A program made the position numbers and the translations under genes. A stretch of 64,000 nt of DNA from a virus (Duplodnaviria; Caudoviricetes), in the IMG/VR virus record IMGVR_UViG_2926558313_000004, positions 32,001 through 96,000 of that record; one strand, given 5' to 3'. The notes beneath the pieces were generated by a model, which did not search any database, had not been told where the DNA came from, and saw only the letters and a list, made by a program, of their open reading frames with translations. This document shows positions 12,252-23,500 of the stretch, piece after piece. Position 1 is the stretch's first letter. The number at the start of each line of letters is the position of its first letter.

Positions 12252-12485
12252 TCAGTGGTCTTTCTTTTTATCATCTTCTACTTCTTCTACTTGCAAATCA
12301 TCTATAGACCAATCAAACACATCTAAATCTTCATCCTCTCCATTAATATTGCTAATTTTTAAACTTTTTAAAACACTAACCTCATTACTTACTTTTTTTA
12401 AAAGTCTATGCAATGCTTCTTCCTCCGTCTCACCTCCTAACTCTAAAGCAAAATTAATAGTTAGAATCCCATTACCAATATACAT
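12252..12485 (-). CDS. YopT-like small acidic protein
   Basis: Position divergent from the yopS-like gene; recalled resemblance to SPbeta YopT; RBS GAGGGGG before ATG at 12485. Confidence 0.5.
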   Translation of the reverse strand: MYIGNGILTINFALELGGETEEEALHRLLKKVSNEVSVLKSLKISNINGEDEDLDVFDWSIDDLQVEEVEDDKKKDH

Positions 12486-12547
12486 TTTTATTTCCCCCTC
12501 ACTGTTGTGTTTTAATCTGTGCCTTTTGGCGGTTTTAGCGAACACCT

Positions 12548-12600
12548 ACAAACAAATGTTCTTATTTCTATTATACAATAGAAATATGGTAAAATCTATA
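12548..12600 (-). promoter_or_regulatory. Sigma-A promoter with LexA/DinR SOS box
   Basis: Minus strand TAGATT-N17-TATAAT followed by AGAACATTTGTTTG, close to the Bacillus consensus CGAACRNRYGTTYG. Confidence 0.65.
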
Positions 12601-12710
12601 TTGCTAACCCAAATTGTTTTCTCCTTATTTTAAGCACTATACTATTTTAACAATTTTTGTTATCATATTTGTTATTATAGTGATTAGAACTTTTGTAGGA
12701 GGACTTTCTT

Positions 12711-12935
12711 ATGATACGCAAAAAGCGTAAGAAATGTCTACTCCGATATAGGTTAGCCGAAAAACGCATGTCTCACACTGAGTTAGCTCAAATTACTGGA
12801 ATATCAGTCACCCAGATATCAGAATATATCAGCAATAAGCGTGGAATGTCTTTAGATAATGCTGCAACGATTGCTTATGTATTAAACACTCAGATAGATG
12901 ACTTGTATGATTGGGACATTACCATATCCGAGTAG
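12711..12935 (+). CDS. XRE/Cro-family HTH regulator (YopS-like)
   Basis: MSHTELAQITGISVTQISEY HTH; RBS AGGAGG; convergent with yopR as in SPbeta. Confidence 0.85.
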   Translation: MIRKKRKKCLLRYRLAEKRMSHTELAQITGISVTQISEYISNKRGMSLDNAATIAYVLNTQIDDLYDWDITISE

Positions 12936-13185
12936 ACGCTAAAGGACTAGTCCTTTAGTACGATAGACTTTACTATATAGTAAAGTTGCGGATAGTAAGA
13001 AAGTTCGGGTTGCTATTATTTTACTACAAAAGGTAAGTAATAGCATCATCATATTTTGTCGATAACACAATATGATTGTCGAATCATCCAGAAATTTATA
13101 GTTTATTATCAAATTATTGACAAATAACTCGACAATCACATCGAACATTTTATTTTAATAATTATTTTTATTTTATATGTAAAAT

Positions 13186-13207
13186 TCAGTCCATAAATAC
13201 TGGACTA
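13186..13207. terminator. Hairpin at the yopR-like stop
   Basis: AGTCCA-taaatac-TGGACT. Confidence 0.4.
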
Positions 13208-14179
13208 AATTTCGTATAACTTCTTGATGTTTTCTATGTTGACATCCTCTTTGATGCCAATAAGGTTGTAATCCATCTTGCCTTGCAGTTTTGATTTTTT
13301 ATGCCCGAAATTTTGAACAATTGTTCTCAAGTCGTTATTTGTTAGCTCCCCTGTTTCTTCATATATATCCTTTCCCACTTTTATCATGCCACTTCTTGCG
13401 ATATTTGTCGGCGTGAGATAAGGATAGTCAAAAAACTTTTTAAGCATTTTTACTCTAGTATAAAGTGTCATATTTCCGACTGGTGCATTTTCATCTAATA
13501 CCCGACCATTATCAATAGATCGGATAATAAAATCATTGCGTATTAATTTCTTTTCTGGATTTGCTCGTTGAAAAACGGATTCTCCGTTATTAACAATGTA
13601 TACAGATTCTTTATAAGCTTCCGTAATTATTCTTAAACACCTATCACTTACTTTTACCTCCCTTTCCATCTCTCCTCTAACTTTTATAATATTATTATCA
13701 AAGTCTATGTCTTTATAATGTAAATTTCTAATCTCACTCAGTTGTGATCCTTTCAATCCTTCAAATAGCAACCGGAAAACAACCTTGTCTTGTCCATTAA
13801 CTAACTTCTTATCTTCTAGTTCTGCCAACTCTTCTTCAGTAAGAAACTGCTTTTTGCTATGGTCAATTAAACGGAACAAGGAATCTCTAGTTAAATTTGC
13901 AATTGGATTAATGGAGCTATTAGAATATCCATGAGCACTAGCCCAGTCTATATAATTTTTAAACACATTTGCTGCCATAGCTATAGAGCCTAATGATGGC
14001 TGAGCCATGTCTCTTAAGGTATCTTCAATTTCTGCTCTAGTAAAAGAATATAGGTCTTTCTGGAGCGCTCTTTCATTTCTTTCAGCCCCTCTTAGCTTGT
14101 ATCTATAAATAACTGCAGTATCTGCATCATAATTTTTTAAAAAAGCTTCTTTGATTTTTTCGTTGTACAAATTAGACAC
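13205..14179 (-). CDS. yopR: Tyrosine-recombinase-fold master repressor, YopR/MrpR/SroF-like
   Basis: LYNEKIKEAFL start; LLFEGLKG..LSEIRNL; lacks the canonical catalytic R and HxxR; third gene of the yopP-Q-R triad. Confidence 0.8.
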   Translation of the reverse strand: MSNLYNEKIKEAFLKNYDADTAVIYRYKLRGAERNERALQKDLYSFTRAEIEDTLRDMAQPSLGSIAMAANVFKNYIDWASAHGYSNSSINPIANLTRDSLFRLIDHSKKQFLTEEELAELEDKKLVNGQDKVVFRLLFEGLKGSQLSEIRNLHYKDIDFDNNIIKVRGEMEREVKVSDRCLRIITEAYKESVYIVNNGESVFQRANPEKKLIRNDFIIRSIDNGRVLDENAPVGNMTLYTRVKMLKKFFDYPYLTPTNIARSGMIKVGKDIYEETGELTNNDLRTIVQNFGHKKSKLQGKMDYNLIGIKEDVNIENIKKLYEI

Positions 14180-15551
14180 CTACCTTGTATTTACTCAAAT
14201 CAATATTTTCAAACACTTCTTTTATGTGTTTCCGTATCCCTGCTGGAGATTTACCTTTCAACTCTTGCCAATTCTCCTTATTAAAGTCGATATCTTTTAC
14301 AATATCAGATAGTAACTCAATTTCAATACCCTCATCTTGCATTCGTTTAGCTAAGCAGACAAAACCATAAAACATAGTTGGTCTGTTAATTTCACTTTTA
14401 TATCTTATCTCTTTAATATCGCTGATGAATTCATCAGGAAACGAGTAACAAAGATTATTGAAATACTTAGTCAAATACTGACCAGTTTTAATAGCTTGAC
14501 CTCTATTTTCCATTTCAAAAAATTCTTCTACGGCATCCACTAAAATTCCGAAAGTAGTTAATTCATCAGACTTAACAGTATTCTCAGACGTAATCTTTTC
14601 TTTTAATTCACTACCTGACTTTTTAAGAAATTCTACAGCTACAGTAGATAACTTTTCTTGATCCATCTCCTTCATTCGAGAAGTAGTGATATCATTAAAT
14701 GTATTAATTTCAACAAACACTTCTTTTGCTTCGGCATCAGTGAGATTCTGTATCTTTATGATAAACTCCATGTCTTTATTTGGATTTTCATGCTGCCCTT
14801 CAACTGTTGCTGTAAAACGGTGAAATCCGTCAATGCAGTCAAATAAAGTCCCTTTTGTAATGGTTAATTCTTTTGTATCTTCATCGTAGGAGATTTCTTC
14901 CCCATCATCTGAACTTCCCAGGCGGGCATTAAAAGTTAATGTCGTACTTGATAATTTCCCTTTTAAAAATCTGTTTTTGATTCCTTCGATGCTTCTTCTA
15001 AATATTTTTGGGACGGGAATAAAGGTTTCATCATCAACCTGTTTGACTTTGCCACTTCTTTGTACGTTAGGATTATATTGAATCTGTTTTCCATTGCTTA
15101 ATAATCGCATTTCTGTTACGGATATTTTACCCGTATAGCCATCGTGCAACTTTTCGAAACTACTCTTGAAAGTATATGGAAATTTGATTTCTTCCGCCTG
15201 ATAACCCGTAAAAGTTGTTTCAATTTCCTTCTTCTCTCTTTCATTATAAAAATGGTCTGGATTCAGTCTTTGATTACCCGTTGTCATGTAAAGCTGCACT
15301 GAAAAAACATACAGCTCTTTATCGTCTAGTTGTGGAACTTCCTTTTCGGGATCATTTAATACAGATTGAACTCTGCCTCCCAGCACTTTAAACTCTGCCA
15401 TCAGATCCTTGTATTTACTAACCATATCTTTTTTTGTTTTTATTGTGGGAAGTATTTCAATCAATACACTCTCTAATTCTTTTCTTTCTACTTTCACAAT
15501 GTGACACCTCTCTTCAAAAGACATTTCAATTAATTTTGTTATTAAATTCAA
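14172..15551 (-). CDS. yopQ: YopQ/SroE-like protein with a DndB/DGQHR (ParB-Srx fold) domain
   Basis: YNPNVQR, TLTFNA, CIDGFHR motif; 459 aa; synteny. Confidence 0.8.
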   Translation of the reverse strand: MNLITKLIEMSFEERCHIVKVERKELESVLIEILPTIKTKKDMVSKYKDLMAEFKVLGGRVQSVLNDPEKEVPQLDDKELYVFSVQLYMTTGNQRLNPDHFYNEREKKEIETTFTGYQAEEIKFPYTFKSSFEKLHDGYTGKISVTEMRLLSNGKQIQYNPNVQRSGKVKQVDDETFIPVPKIFRRSIEGIKNRFLKGKLSSTTLTFNARLGSSDDGEEISYDEDTKELTITKGTLFDCIDGFHRFTATVEGQHENPNKDMEFIIKIQNLTDAEAKEVFVEINTFNDITTSRMKEMDQEKLSTVAVEFLKKSGSELKEKITSENTVKSDELTTFGILVDAVEEFFEMENRGQAIKTGQYLTKYFNNLCYSFPDEFISDIKEIRYKSEINRPTMFYGFVCLAKRMQDEGIEIELLSDIVKDIDFNKENWQELKGKSPAGIRKHIKEVFENIDLSKYKVGV

Positions 15552-15608
15552 TAATTAATACACTTCCCTTCTATTATACACAATATAAACAAAAAATAAA
15601 ACAAAAAA

Positions 15609-16682
15609 TTATAAATTCGAATTGAGGTTTCTTAGTAATATAATTTTCGCAACTTTATTACTATTAATTAAGTCCAATAACTCTTCTTTACTTAGCGATT
15701 CTAGAGCATCGCTGTTAAGAAATTTATCGAAATCTAACACACCTATTCTCTTGTATTTATTTTCTTTTATATATCTTTTTGTGACATTGAAATCTGAGTG
15801 ACCTGCGAATTCCATTGTCGCATGAGGATCTTTTGAGTTTTCATAAAAAATAGTAATCGCAGTTCCACGTATGCTATGGAAAGAGACATTTCTTTTTTCT
15901 GAAATATTCATTTTGATTTTAAGTTGATTCATTAGTTTCGATATATGATTCTTGTTAAACGGAAATACTACCTCGTCATTAACTTTATTATCAATTAATT
16001 CTTGAAAAAAGTCTTCATCTACATAATGAATTTTCCTCCGCTGCCCTTTTCCTCTTAATTCGATTTCATAATCTCCTTCTCTTGTGAGAATAAAATCGCT
16101 CCACTTCAACTTTAAAATTTCTTGCTGTCTCAGTCCGGTGTGTAAAGCGAACTTAATCAGCAATCCTTGAATAATTCGATTTTTAAATCTAGGCATTCCC
16201 TCTTTGACCATTGGGGCAATCTTTATCATTTCTTCTACTTCTTCCTTATGGAGTAAGCCGTAATTTACTTCTACGCTCTTAAGCTTTTGCATTTTACTAA
16301 TGAAGCTAATGTCTATATCGGCTAATAAACCAAATTCTATCTTCCTGCTATTTATATAGCTAAACAATCCAGTTATTGTCGTTAACTTTCGTTTTATTGT
16401 TTTATTAACCGAACCTTCATCCTGTAAATGAGCAATAAATTTATCAATATCGCTAACAGTAACTTTAAAATCATGTTCGATTAAATTTTCCAGCTCTTTT
16501 CCTTTTGTGATTTTAAAGAAATGTCTTATGTCACCCAAGTAGTTTTTAATTGTATTTTCGGATCTTCCGTTGCTCTTTAAATACATCATAATTATCTCTA
16601 AACAATTAACTTTATTTATATGGACTAATTGTAAGCTCATCTCTTTCATCCTCCTCAAAATTATATTAGGTTTATTATACAA
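15609..16682 (-). CDS. yopP: Tyrosine recombinase, YopP/SroD-like (start probably about 16649-16640)
   Basis: SAM-like N-domain (SENTIKNY); full catalytic set GLR, RGKG, FHSIR, AGH, RY. Confidence 0.85.
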   Translation of the reverse strand: MYNKPNIILRRMKEMSLQLVHINKVNCLEIIMMYLKSNGRSENTIKNYLGDIRHFFKITKGKELENLIEHDFKVTVSDIDKFIAHLQDEGSVNKTIKRKLTTITGLFSYINSRKIEFGLLADIDISFISKMQKLKSVEVNYGLLHKEEVEEMIKIAPMVKEGMPRFKNRIIQGLLIKFALHTGLRQQEILKLKWSDFILTREGDYEIELRGKGQRRKIHYVDEDFFQELIDNKVNDEVVFPFNKNHISKLMNQLKIKMNISEKRNVSFHSIRGTAITIFYENSKDPHATMEFAGHSDFNVTKRYIKENKYKRIGVLDFDKFLNSDALESLSKEELLDLINSNKVAKIILLRNLNSNL

Positions 16683-16715
16683 TTACATCAACATTTAATC
16701 AATACAATAATTTAA

Positions 16716-16937
16716 TTATATTTGTTTACTTAGTAAATTCATATACCCTTTTATCATATTTCTTCTCGCTTCGCTTTTATCGATATTTCTTTCTTTTATG
16801 TTTCTCTCCGTATTTCTCCAGTACATCCCCTCATTCCCCGAATTAACAACGCCCTTCATAGAAATTTCCTGATATTGTTTTTCAATTTTTTTATGTACTA
16901 AATTAACTACTTTATTTTCCATTTTATTTACCTCCAC
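16716..16937 (-). CDS. Hypothetical protein heading the repression operon
   Basis: RBS GGAGG; directly upstream of the yopP-like gene. Confidence 0.6.
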   Translation of the reverse strand: MEVNKMENKVVNLVHKKIEKQYQEISMKGVVNSGNEGMYWRNTERNIKERNIDKSEARRNMIKGYMNLLSKQI

Positions 16938-17066
16938 TACTATATATACCTTATTATATTTGTTTTAAACATAAATATTACTTTTTTTCGTTTGACTATT
17001 TCTGACCTTTATCTGATTATAATATAACATATTGGATAGTGGAAAGTAAATAAAAATATATGACAA

Positions 17067-17104
17067 ATAGCCTTATTTTTAATATTTTTTAAAAAAATAA
17101 GGCT
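17067..17104. terminator. Probable intrinsic terminator
   Basis: AGCCTTATTTTT...AAAAATAAGGCT inverted repeat. Confidence 0.5.
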
Positions 17105-18014
17105 CAATTACTTATTATTTTTTTATTTTTTATTCAGTAACTCGTTTTCTATATTCATAAGTAATTAGTTTGTCATTATGATCTATATCTATTTTTACTT
17201 TATTTCTAAACTCTTCTTTAATATCTTTTATAATTATTTTCATTTCCTTTTTGTTTTTATATGGCTGTGCTCCCATGTATATTAGTTTTCTTTTATTCAT
17301 CTACCATCATCCTTTCTTAAAATGTGTAATTTATTGAATTAATTTATTTTTCTATTATTTCTCTAGATACTCTCTTGCTTCTCTTATTATCTCTTCATAT
17401 TCTTCGTCCGAATACACTCCAGATTCTCCAATTTCTTCATTTGCTAAAATTTCTATTAATTTATTTTGATACTTAGCGGGTAAATACTTTAAAACATATT
17501 CACGAAAAAGTTCATCAACCTCAGCACCATCAAATGCTCCAGAAAGTCTTTTTAATATTTCTTTTCGTTTTCTACTCATTTACTCCCCTTTACTCTTCCT
17601 ATTGGTTAGCTTTGTCTTTTAAATCTTCATAACATAAGATGTGTACCCACTGTTCAAATCCATCATATATTCCGGCTTGATCGATCATCTTATCTGTTGA
17701 ATCTTCTTTGCTACAAAATGCACATACCTTTTTATTCATTGCAAGTCCTCCTATTTCAGTTTTAAATCTCAGCTAAATTATGATTATCGACAATCCATCT
17801 TTTTTCGCCTTCAAATTCTTCCCCATCCACACGCTCAATGATCATCCTATTATCAAAAGCACTAGCAGAGCCGACAATATAATATTCTGATTCCGTGTCT
17901 ATTTGAGGCTGTTTGTTTGTCATAATCCCATAACCTAATGATCTGTTACATTTATATTTTCTTTTCTCCATTTTCGCCACCCTTTCTCAGTGAACTACAT
18001 GACCGAGAAGCTTA

Positions 18015-18257
18015 TTAAGAACTTTCTCGTTCCCAAAGTAAATCTTTTAAGACTTTTCCTTTTTCGTCAAGCTCGTACTCAAATTCACTTTTGCATTTAC
18101 TACATTCAAGATAATCCATCGTAGTATCGTACTCTGAACCCATAGTGTGAATTTTTCTTTTAGATAAGGTGTTTTTTGATGTCAAAGGTATTCTATATAC
18201 TTTTTCAGTTACCTTATAAAGACTTAGCTCTCCATCTTTACATTTAGGACACTTCAT
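18015..18257 (-). CDS. Small Zn-ribbon protein
   Basis: CPKC...CSKC. Confidence 0.6.
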   Translation of the reverse strand: MKCPKCKDGELSLYKVTEKVYRIPLTSKNTLSKRKIHTMGSEYDTTMDYLECSKCKSEFEYELDEKGKVLKDLLWERESS

Positions 18258-18565
18258 TCCATCCCTCTCCTTTCTATATCACATTATCACTCTTTAATTC
18301 ATTAAAACTAAAATTTTAAACACAATTATTATCCTAGCTCTTTTAAATTTCTCATTCCAATTCATACATACTTCTAATATCTATACAGATTTCATGTGCC
18401 TTATTTAATTGTTTTTGCGCCTGCTCAATTGAATTAATATCCTGATCATTCATGATATTTTGGTTCGCATACCCAATTAGAAATTGAATTTCTTCGACTT
18501 TCTTTAATATGATCTTTGTATTCCCTCTAGCTTTCATTCTCCCCCACCTTTACTCTTAGCTTCTA

Positions 18566-19339
18566 TTAACCATGTTTCCAGATAACTTTAACTTGATGCT
18601 CATTGCCTTTTAGACATGCTACGTCTATCACAGATCCATCTGCTAGCTCAAACTGTCTTACATCTTCATCACTTAACACAGCGGCATGTGGAGCTTCACC
18701 AAGCTTTATTTTACCCAGCTCTAAACTTTCTTCTATTACAAACATTGCGCCTTGTTTTTGAACAACGCATTTATTCCATTGAATCCGATCATCATTCTCT
18801 CCATTTCCTCTTTCTGCAAGAGAATAATTAAATTTCCGACTGTCCTTTTGATATGGCTCAGCAAATACATAGTCACCATGCTTTAAATCTAGCTGTCTGA
18901 CAATTGATTCTGGGATAAACGCTTCAATTTCTGGAATGAAAGCTCCTCTAATCTTTCTTTCTATTTTGTACTTTTGAGTTTCTGAATCGGTTTCGTCTAC
19001 TGCATCTTCATGTTGTTCTTTTATAACAAATCCAGAAAAATCTTCGTTATTACTATTTAATAGAAAATCCATTTCCTTATCAGTAACAAAATCTTTGCAG
19101 GTTGTTCCTAAATCACAAGGTCTTGAAGTATTTTTTGATGCCTTTTTATGGTCTGCATATTTTTTGATTGCAGTAAGCAACTCTATCTGATGTTCTAATT
19201 GCTGACTGGGATTTTCATCCGCTATATTTATTAGATCAATCGAATCTTTCATTTCCTTTTTAAGCAAATCTAACATTTCTAAATATATTTCCGTCATTAT
19301 TTCCACTCCTATAATCGCATCTCTTGGTGATTTATTCAT
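18566..19339 (-). CDS. Protein with two Rho-RNA-binding-like (OB/beta-barrel) repeats
   Basis: FIPESIVRQLDLKHGDYV and VLSDEDVRQFELADGSVI resemble Rho YVSPSQIRRFNLRTGDTI. Confidence 0.45.
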   Translation of the reverse strand: MNKSPRDAIIGVEIMTEIYLEMLDLLKKEMKDSIDLINIADENPSQQLEHQIELLTAIKKYADHKKASKNTSRPCDLGTTCKDFVTDKEMDFLLNSNNEDFSGFVIKEQHEDAVDETDSETQKYKIERKIRGAFIPEIEAFIPESIVRQLDLKHGDYVFAEPYQKDSRKFNYSLAERGNGENDDRIQWNKCVVQKQGAMFVIEESLELGKIKLGEAPHAAVLSDEDVRQFELADGSVIDVACLKGNEHQVKVIWKHG

Positions 19340-19884
19340 GTAGTATTGTACACGATTTATGGAGTTTATAGTATAGTTTTGTTTACGTTGTTATGAAACG
19401 ATGCTTTTATTTGACTTTCTTTACTTTAACTCTACTGTTCATGCCCTGCACTTCTAAATAAAAAACACTGCCCTCTTGGAACACTTTTACATTTGGACGA
19501 TATTGGTAATTGTATTGATATTTATACTCATCTTGTTGAAATATTCTCCCGTTAGTTAATTCAAAAAAAGTATCACGGTTTTTATATCCTCTACAAGCAC
19601 CTTTAATTTGAGCTTCACAAAATAACATTTTAATCCCTCTCCTCACATAAAATGATTATTTCATCTTATAATTTCCAATTCGGTAGCCTTAGTCCAAAAT
19701 CCATTCAAGCTTGCTGGCATTATCAAATAATAGCCATCCACTGTCATACCCTTAACTACACCTTCGATATCTTGATAATATCCAGTCGTTACTTTTACCC
19801 TTCTATCCATTAGGTTCATTTTTTCAGCTCCAGTCAATAACTAATAATTCCAATCTCTTTCAGACTTGAAATATCATTATCGAC

Positions 19885-20598
19885 TTAATCATATTTCTTT
19901 TCAGGATTTTTAAAGCTTTCTGAAGAAGAAAGTGTTGTTCCAGTAACTCTTCCTCTCTTTTTCCAAGTATCCCCTTCTTTAAGCTTATACTCTCTGTACC
20001 TCTTGGTTTCTTTTTGGAATACAAACTTTTTTGGATCATGAAGGAGATTGTACATCTTATCGACAAACTTGATATCTAACTCCTTTTCTTTTTCTTCTGT
20101 CTTTATGCAATATGCTTTAATAACTTCTTCAATTCCTTCGCGACTATCTAGTAGTGACAATTGTCCTCTCAACTCTAAGAGAGTTTTTAGGGCTTTAATG
20201 TAATATGTAGTCTCCCTCTTAGTTGGTATCCCTTTGACTATTTCAGGAAAATCATTTCTAATCTTTAATATTAAACTCAATTCTTTTTCCGCATTCGAGA
20301 AAAACACTTGACTATCTTCTAAAGTTTCCGTCCCATTTAAAACTACAAATCTTTTTATGCATTCTGTGCCTACTTTTAGAATAGCGTTGGTATTTCGATT
20401 TACAATAGCCCAATTCCCCCTGTAATTACGAGCACCACACAACTCACAATGTTCAGAGAAATCTGCCGAATCAGAAGGGACAGATCCTTCAAGATCCCAT
20501 TCTGTTTTTGCTTCCTCGAAGTCATTGGAAAGACTGTGTTGCAAAATATTAGAAATAACTAAAGGTCTTGGATCTGATTTAGGTTCACTTTGATTCAT
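19885..20598 (-). CDS. Hypothetical protein with an N-terminal Cys (Zn-binding) domain
   Basis: EAKTEW...CELCG...N..T...LKVGTECIKRF. Confidence 0.6.
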   Translation of the reverse strand: MNQSEPKSDPRPLVISNILQHSLSNDFEEAKTEWDLEGSVPSDSADFSEHCELCGARNYRGNWAIVNRNTNAILKVGTECIKRFVVLNGTETLEDSQVFFSNAEKELSLILKIRNDFPEIVKGIPTKRETTYYIKALKTLLELRGQLSLLDSREGIEEVIKAYCIKTEEKEKELDIKFVDKMYNLLHDPKKFVFQKETKRYREYKLKEGDTWKKRGRVTGTTLSSSESFKNPEKKYD

Positions 20599-23500
20599 GA
20601 CTATCCCTCATTTCAATTGAGTATATAGTATATTATACTCAAAATTTCCATTGTTTGAAATATTAAGAGGGGTGAAACACTCCTTATTTTTGAATCATGA
20701 TTACCTTTAATCAAACTGACATTTCAACTAGATTTATGACTGTCTTTATATTCACTAACTGACATTTCTTTTAACTTTAATATATTGTATTTGTCCAATA
20801 AACCAAGCAATTCTCTCGGTTCTAAATGATCAATTGAACCAATATCAACCTTATCGATAATTAATCTCTCGTCAATTCCTCTATTAACCCACGTAACTTC
20901 TTTCATATTATCACACTCCTTCAAATAGATATTTTATTCAGCTTTTTTATTCACAAAGTAGAGAAATAATTCTTCAATTTCTAGAATGTTCTCTTCAATA
21001 TTACCTTCATTGTTATTAATAAAAGCTAAAGCCTCTGTATAAGGTTCTCCATCAAACGGGGGAGACACTGCTGTTAAATTGTCAATTGGTACTCCATAAG
21101 CTCGTATAGCTTCATCAACCTCCCTTGATAACCTGTGAGCTTTCGCTTGTGCTTTTGCATATTGCCGCAGCTTCTGTTTAATTTCATATGGCATTGCTTT
21201 CATATTTAAATTTCACCTACTTTATAAGTTTGCGTTCAATTTTTACTTTCTAGCATATGATCCCATCTATACTCATAAGGAAAACCAATAAAAGAACTTT
21301 CAAACTTCTTTACTCCTGCCTCTTTTAGTTTTTCTTTTGTCCACACAGGCTTATTATTTAAGAAATGTCCTAATGTACTGAATCCATCATTATCGCCCAT
21401 GTAAAACATTTGATTTAAGTACTGAGAGTTTTTTACATCTTTAACTAAGATTGCAGTTTCAATTTGAAATACTCTTCCTACACCACTAGAAATGTCATCT
21501 TCTTCTAATGGATAGCCAGTTAAGTTAGCGAAAACCACAACTTCTTCATTTTCATACATCTCAAAATAGTAATCGAAATTATTATCATTGAATTTATTCT
21601 CTATGATTAACTGGTCAATGTCATTAATTTTCATCTCACTAAGCTTTTCTATATATTCAACTTCAATCTCTGGCAGTTTCATATGAGTTTACTCTCTCCT
21701 TTTCGCATTAGAGCTTTCCTCTATAGTGTCTATTCTAAATTCGTATTCATTCACACGTTTATAATACATAAATCTGTTGTAGTCATCTCCCCAGTAATAT
21801 CTACCTAAGACTTTTCCATTTTCCCAAACTTCTACATAGTAATCATCTATACTATGATTGTCATCATGTATAGAGGCTATTGCTTTTTCGAGATCAGTTC
21901 CTGCATAGATTGTTCTAGTTGGCTCATGCATATCCACTTCAAAAATTCCCAAATACACCTTCGTCATTTTATATCCTTCTCCTTAAAACTCTGATATTAT
22001 CTGGCTAAAATCGATAGAGCGTTTAACTCATTTCCAATCCATTCATATTGAAATTTACTAAACAGTTGAATAGTTAACTCATAACCCTCTTCGACTTCTA
22101 CAGCATCACTTATAACACCGATAGTTTTTGTTTCAAAGGTATTAGAAAGGTCTACTCTGTCTAATACAGGTTTATTTAGATAGGAAGATAGTTCACCATC
22201 TTTTGGAACTATCGTTTTAAACTTGACAAAGCTCATATTCTCCCCTCCCTCCTTTTCTTTAAAAGTGAAATTTTATTAAATATACTGCACCACCGCTATC
22301 TGCCTTGATTCCTTGAGGCACTACTGCTTCACTCTTTACTTTAGTCTTACTAATGCTAAATTCTACAATTGCTGTTTACATTTCTTCATCTCTCTGAAGT
22401 GAGCCTCATCTGAATTTATCATACTTACCCTCTTTCCATTTTTCTTTTGAAACCTGTAGTACGATTAACCATCCATTGCGAAATCTACATTTTTCATATA
22501 CTTGGATATATTCCTCTGACTCAGAAATGAATCTTTCCATCAAAGTGCTCCTCCTCTCACTGTAAAATCATACTTTTAAATAGTTATTTCTTTCTTTTGC
22601 TTACTACTTCACTAACCCCTAATACGCCCTCTTTATCGCAAAAGATATTTGTAAAAGAAGCTTCAGTTACAGCTTCAAAAAGGTCGCTATCTATTAGCTT
22701 ATTGGCGTAGTCAGCATTTTCAGATGAAATAGCCATTCCAATCCTATCATCTGTTTTACTTAATGACAGATATACTTTAAATACATAGTTCAACTTTTCT
22801 AAAGGATGCATCTCCCTCAATGTATCTGAGCTAACTGTATTAAAGCCTTTACTTTTGAAATACGGATCTGACAATAGAATCACCCTCCAAATTTAAAAAT
22901 GGGAAATCAGATTTTATTCTTCATTACCTTCATAAAATTCATATTTTACCAAAAGTTATTCACTAAGAAACCTTTCAAAGTCTTCCATCATAGTATGTAA
23001 ATATGAATGTCCACCGTCCCATCCAACGCTATTCAATTCCTCTTCAAGAGCACGAAGGTTTTCTAGAAATGCCTCCGCTTCGGCTTTTTGACCATCTAAG
23101 AATCCCTTATCATACTGTTTTAACTTTGCCATTGTTCCCCTCCTTCGCTTTAGTGTCGAATTGTGTATTAAAGTTCTTCAAATTCCCTCTCCTTATCAGC
23201 AAGAAATTCTTTGTGATGCTGTAAAATAACGTCCCTCACTTCATCTTTTTTCTCTCCAATTAAATACATTTTTTGCGGCTTTGTTGCTGAGGATAAGGTG
23301 ATTTCATCAGATTTAAATAACTCTTCCCAGTTTTTTATATTTAATCGTTCGGTTCTGATTATCGACTCCAGAACTTTAGCCCTTTGTAACGTTTCCATGT
23401 CCATTTTCTCTCACCTTCCTTCACAAAATCACTCTGAAATACACCAGTTCGATTTTTACTTTGCTGTTATACATAATTATACCATTTCAGCCATTCGCTC

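Noticed and set aside
12939-12986. Protelomerase (telRL) site
   Set aside because: Palindromes are short and no protelomerase gene is seen; a regulatory or terminator role is more likely.
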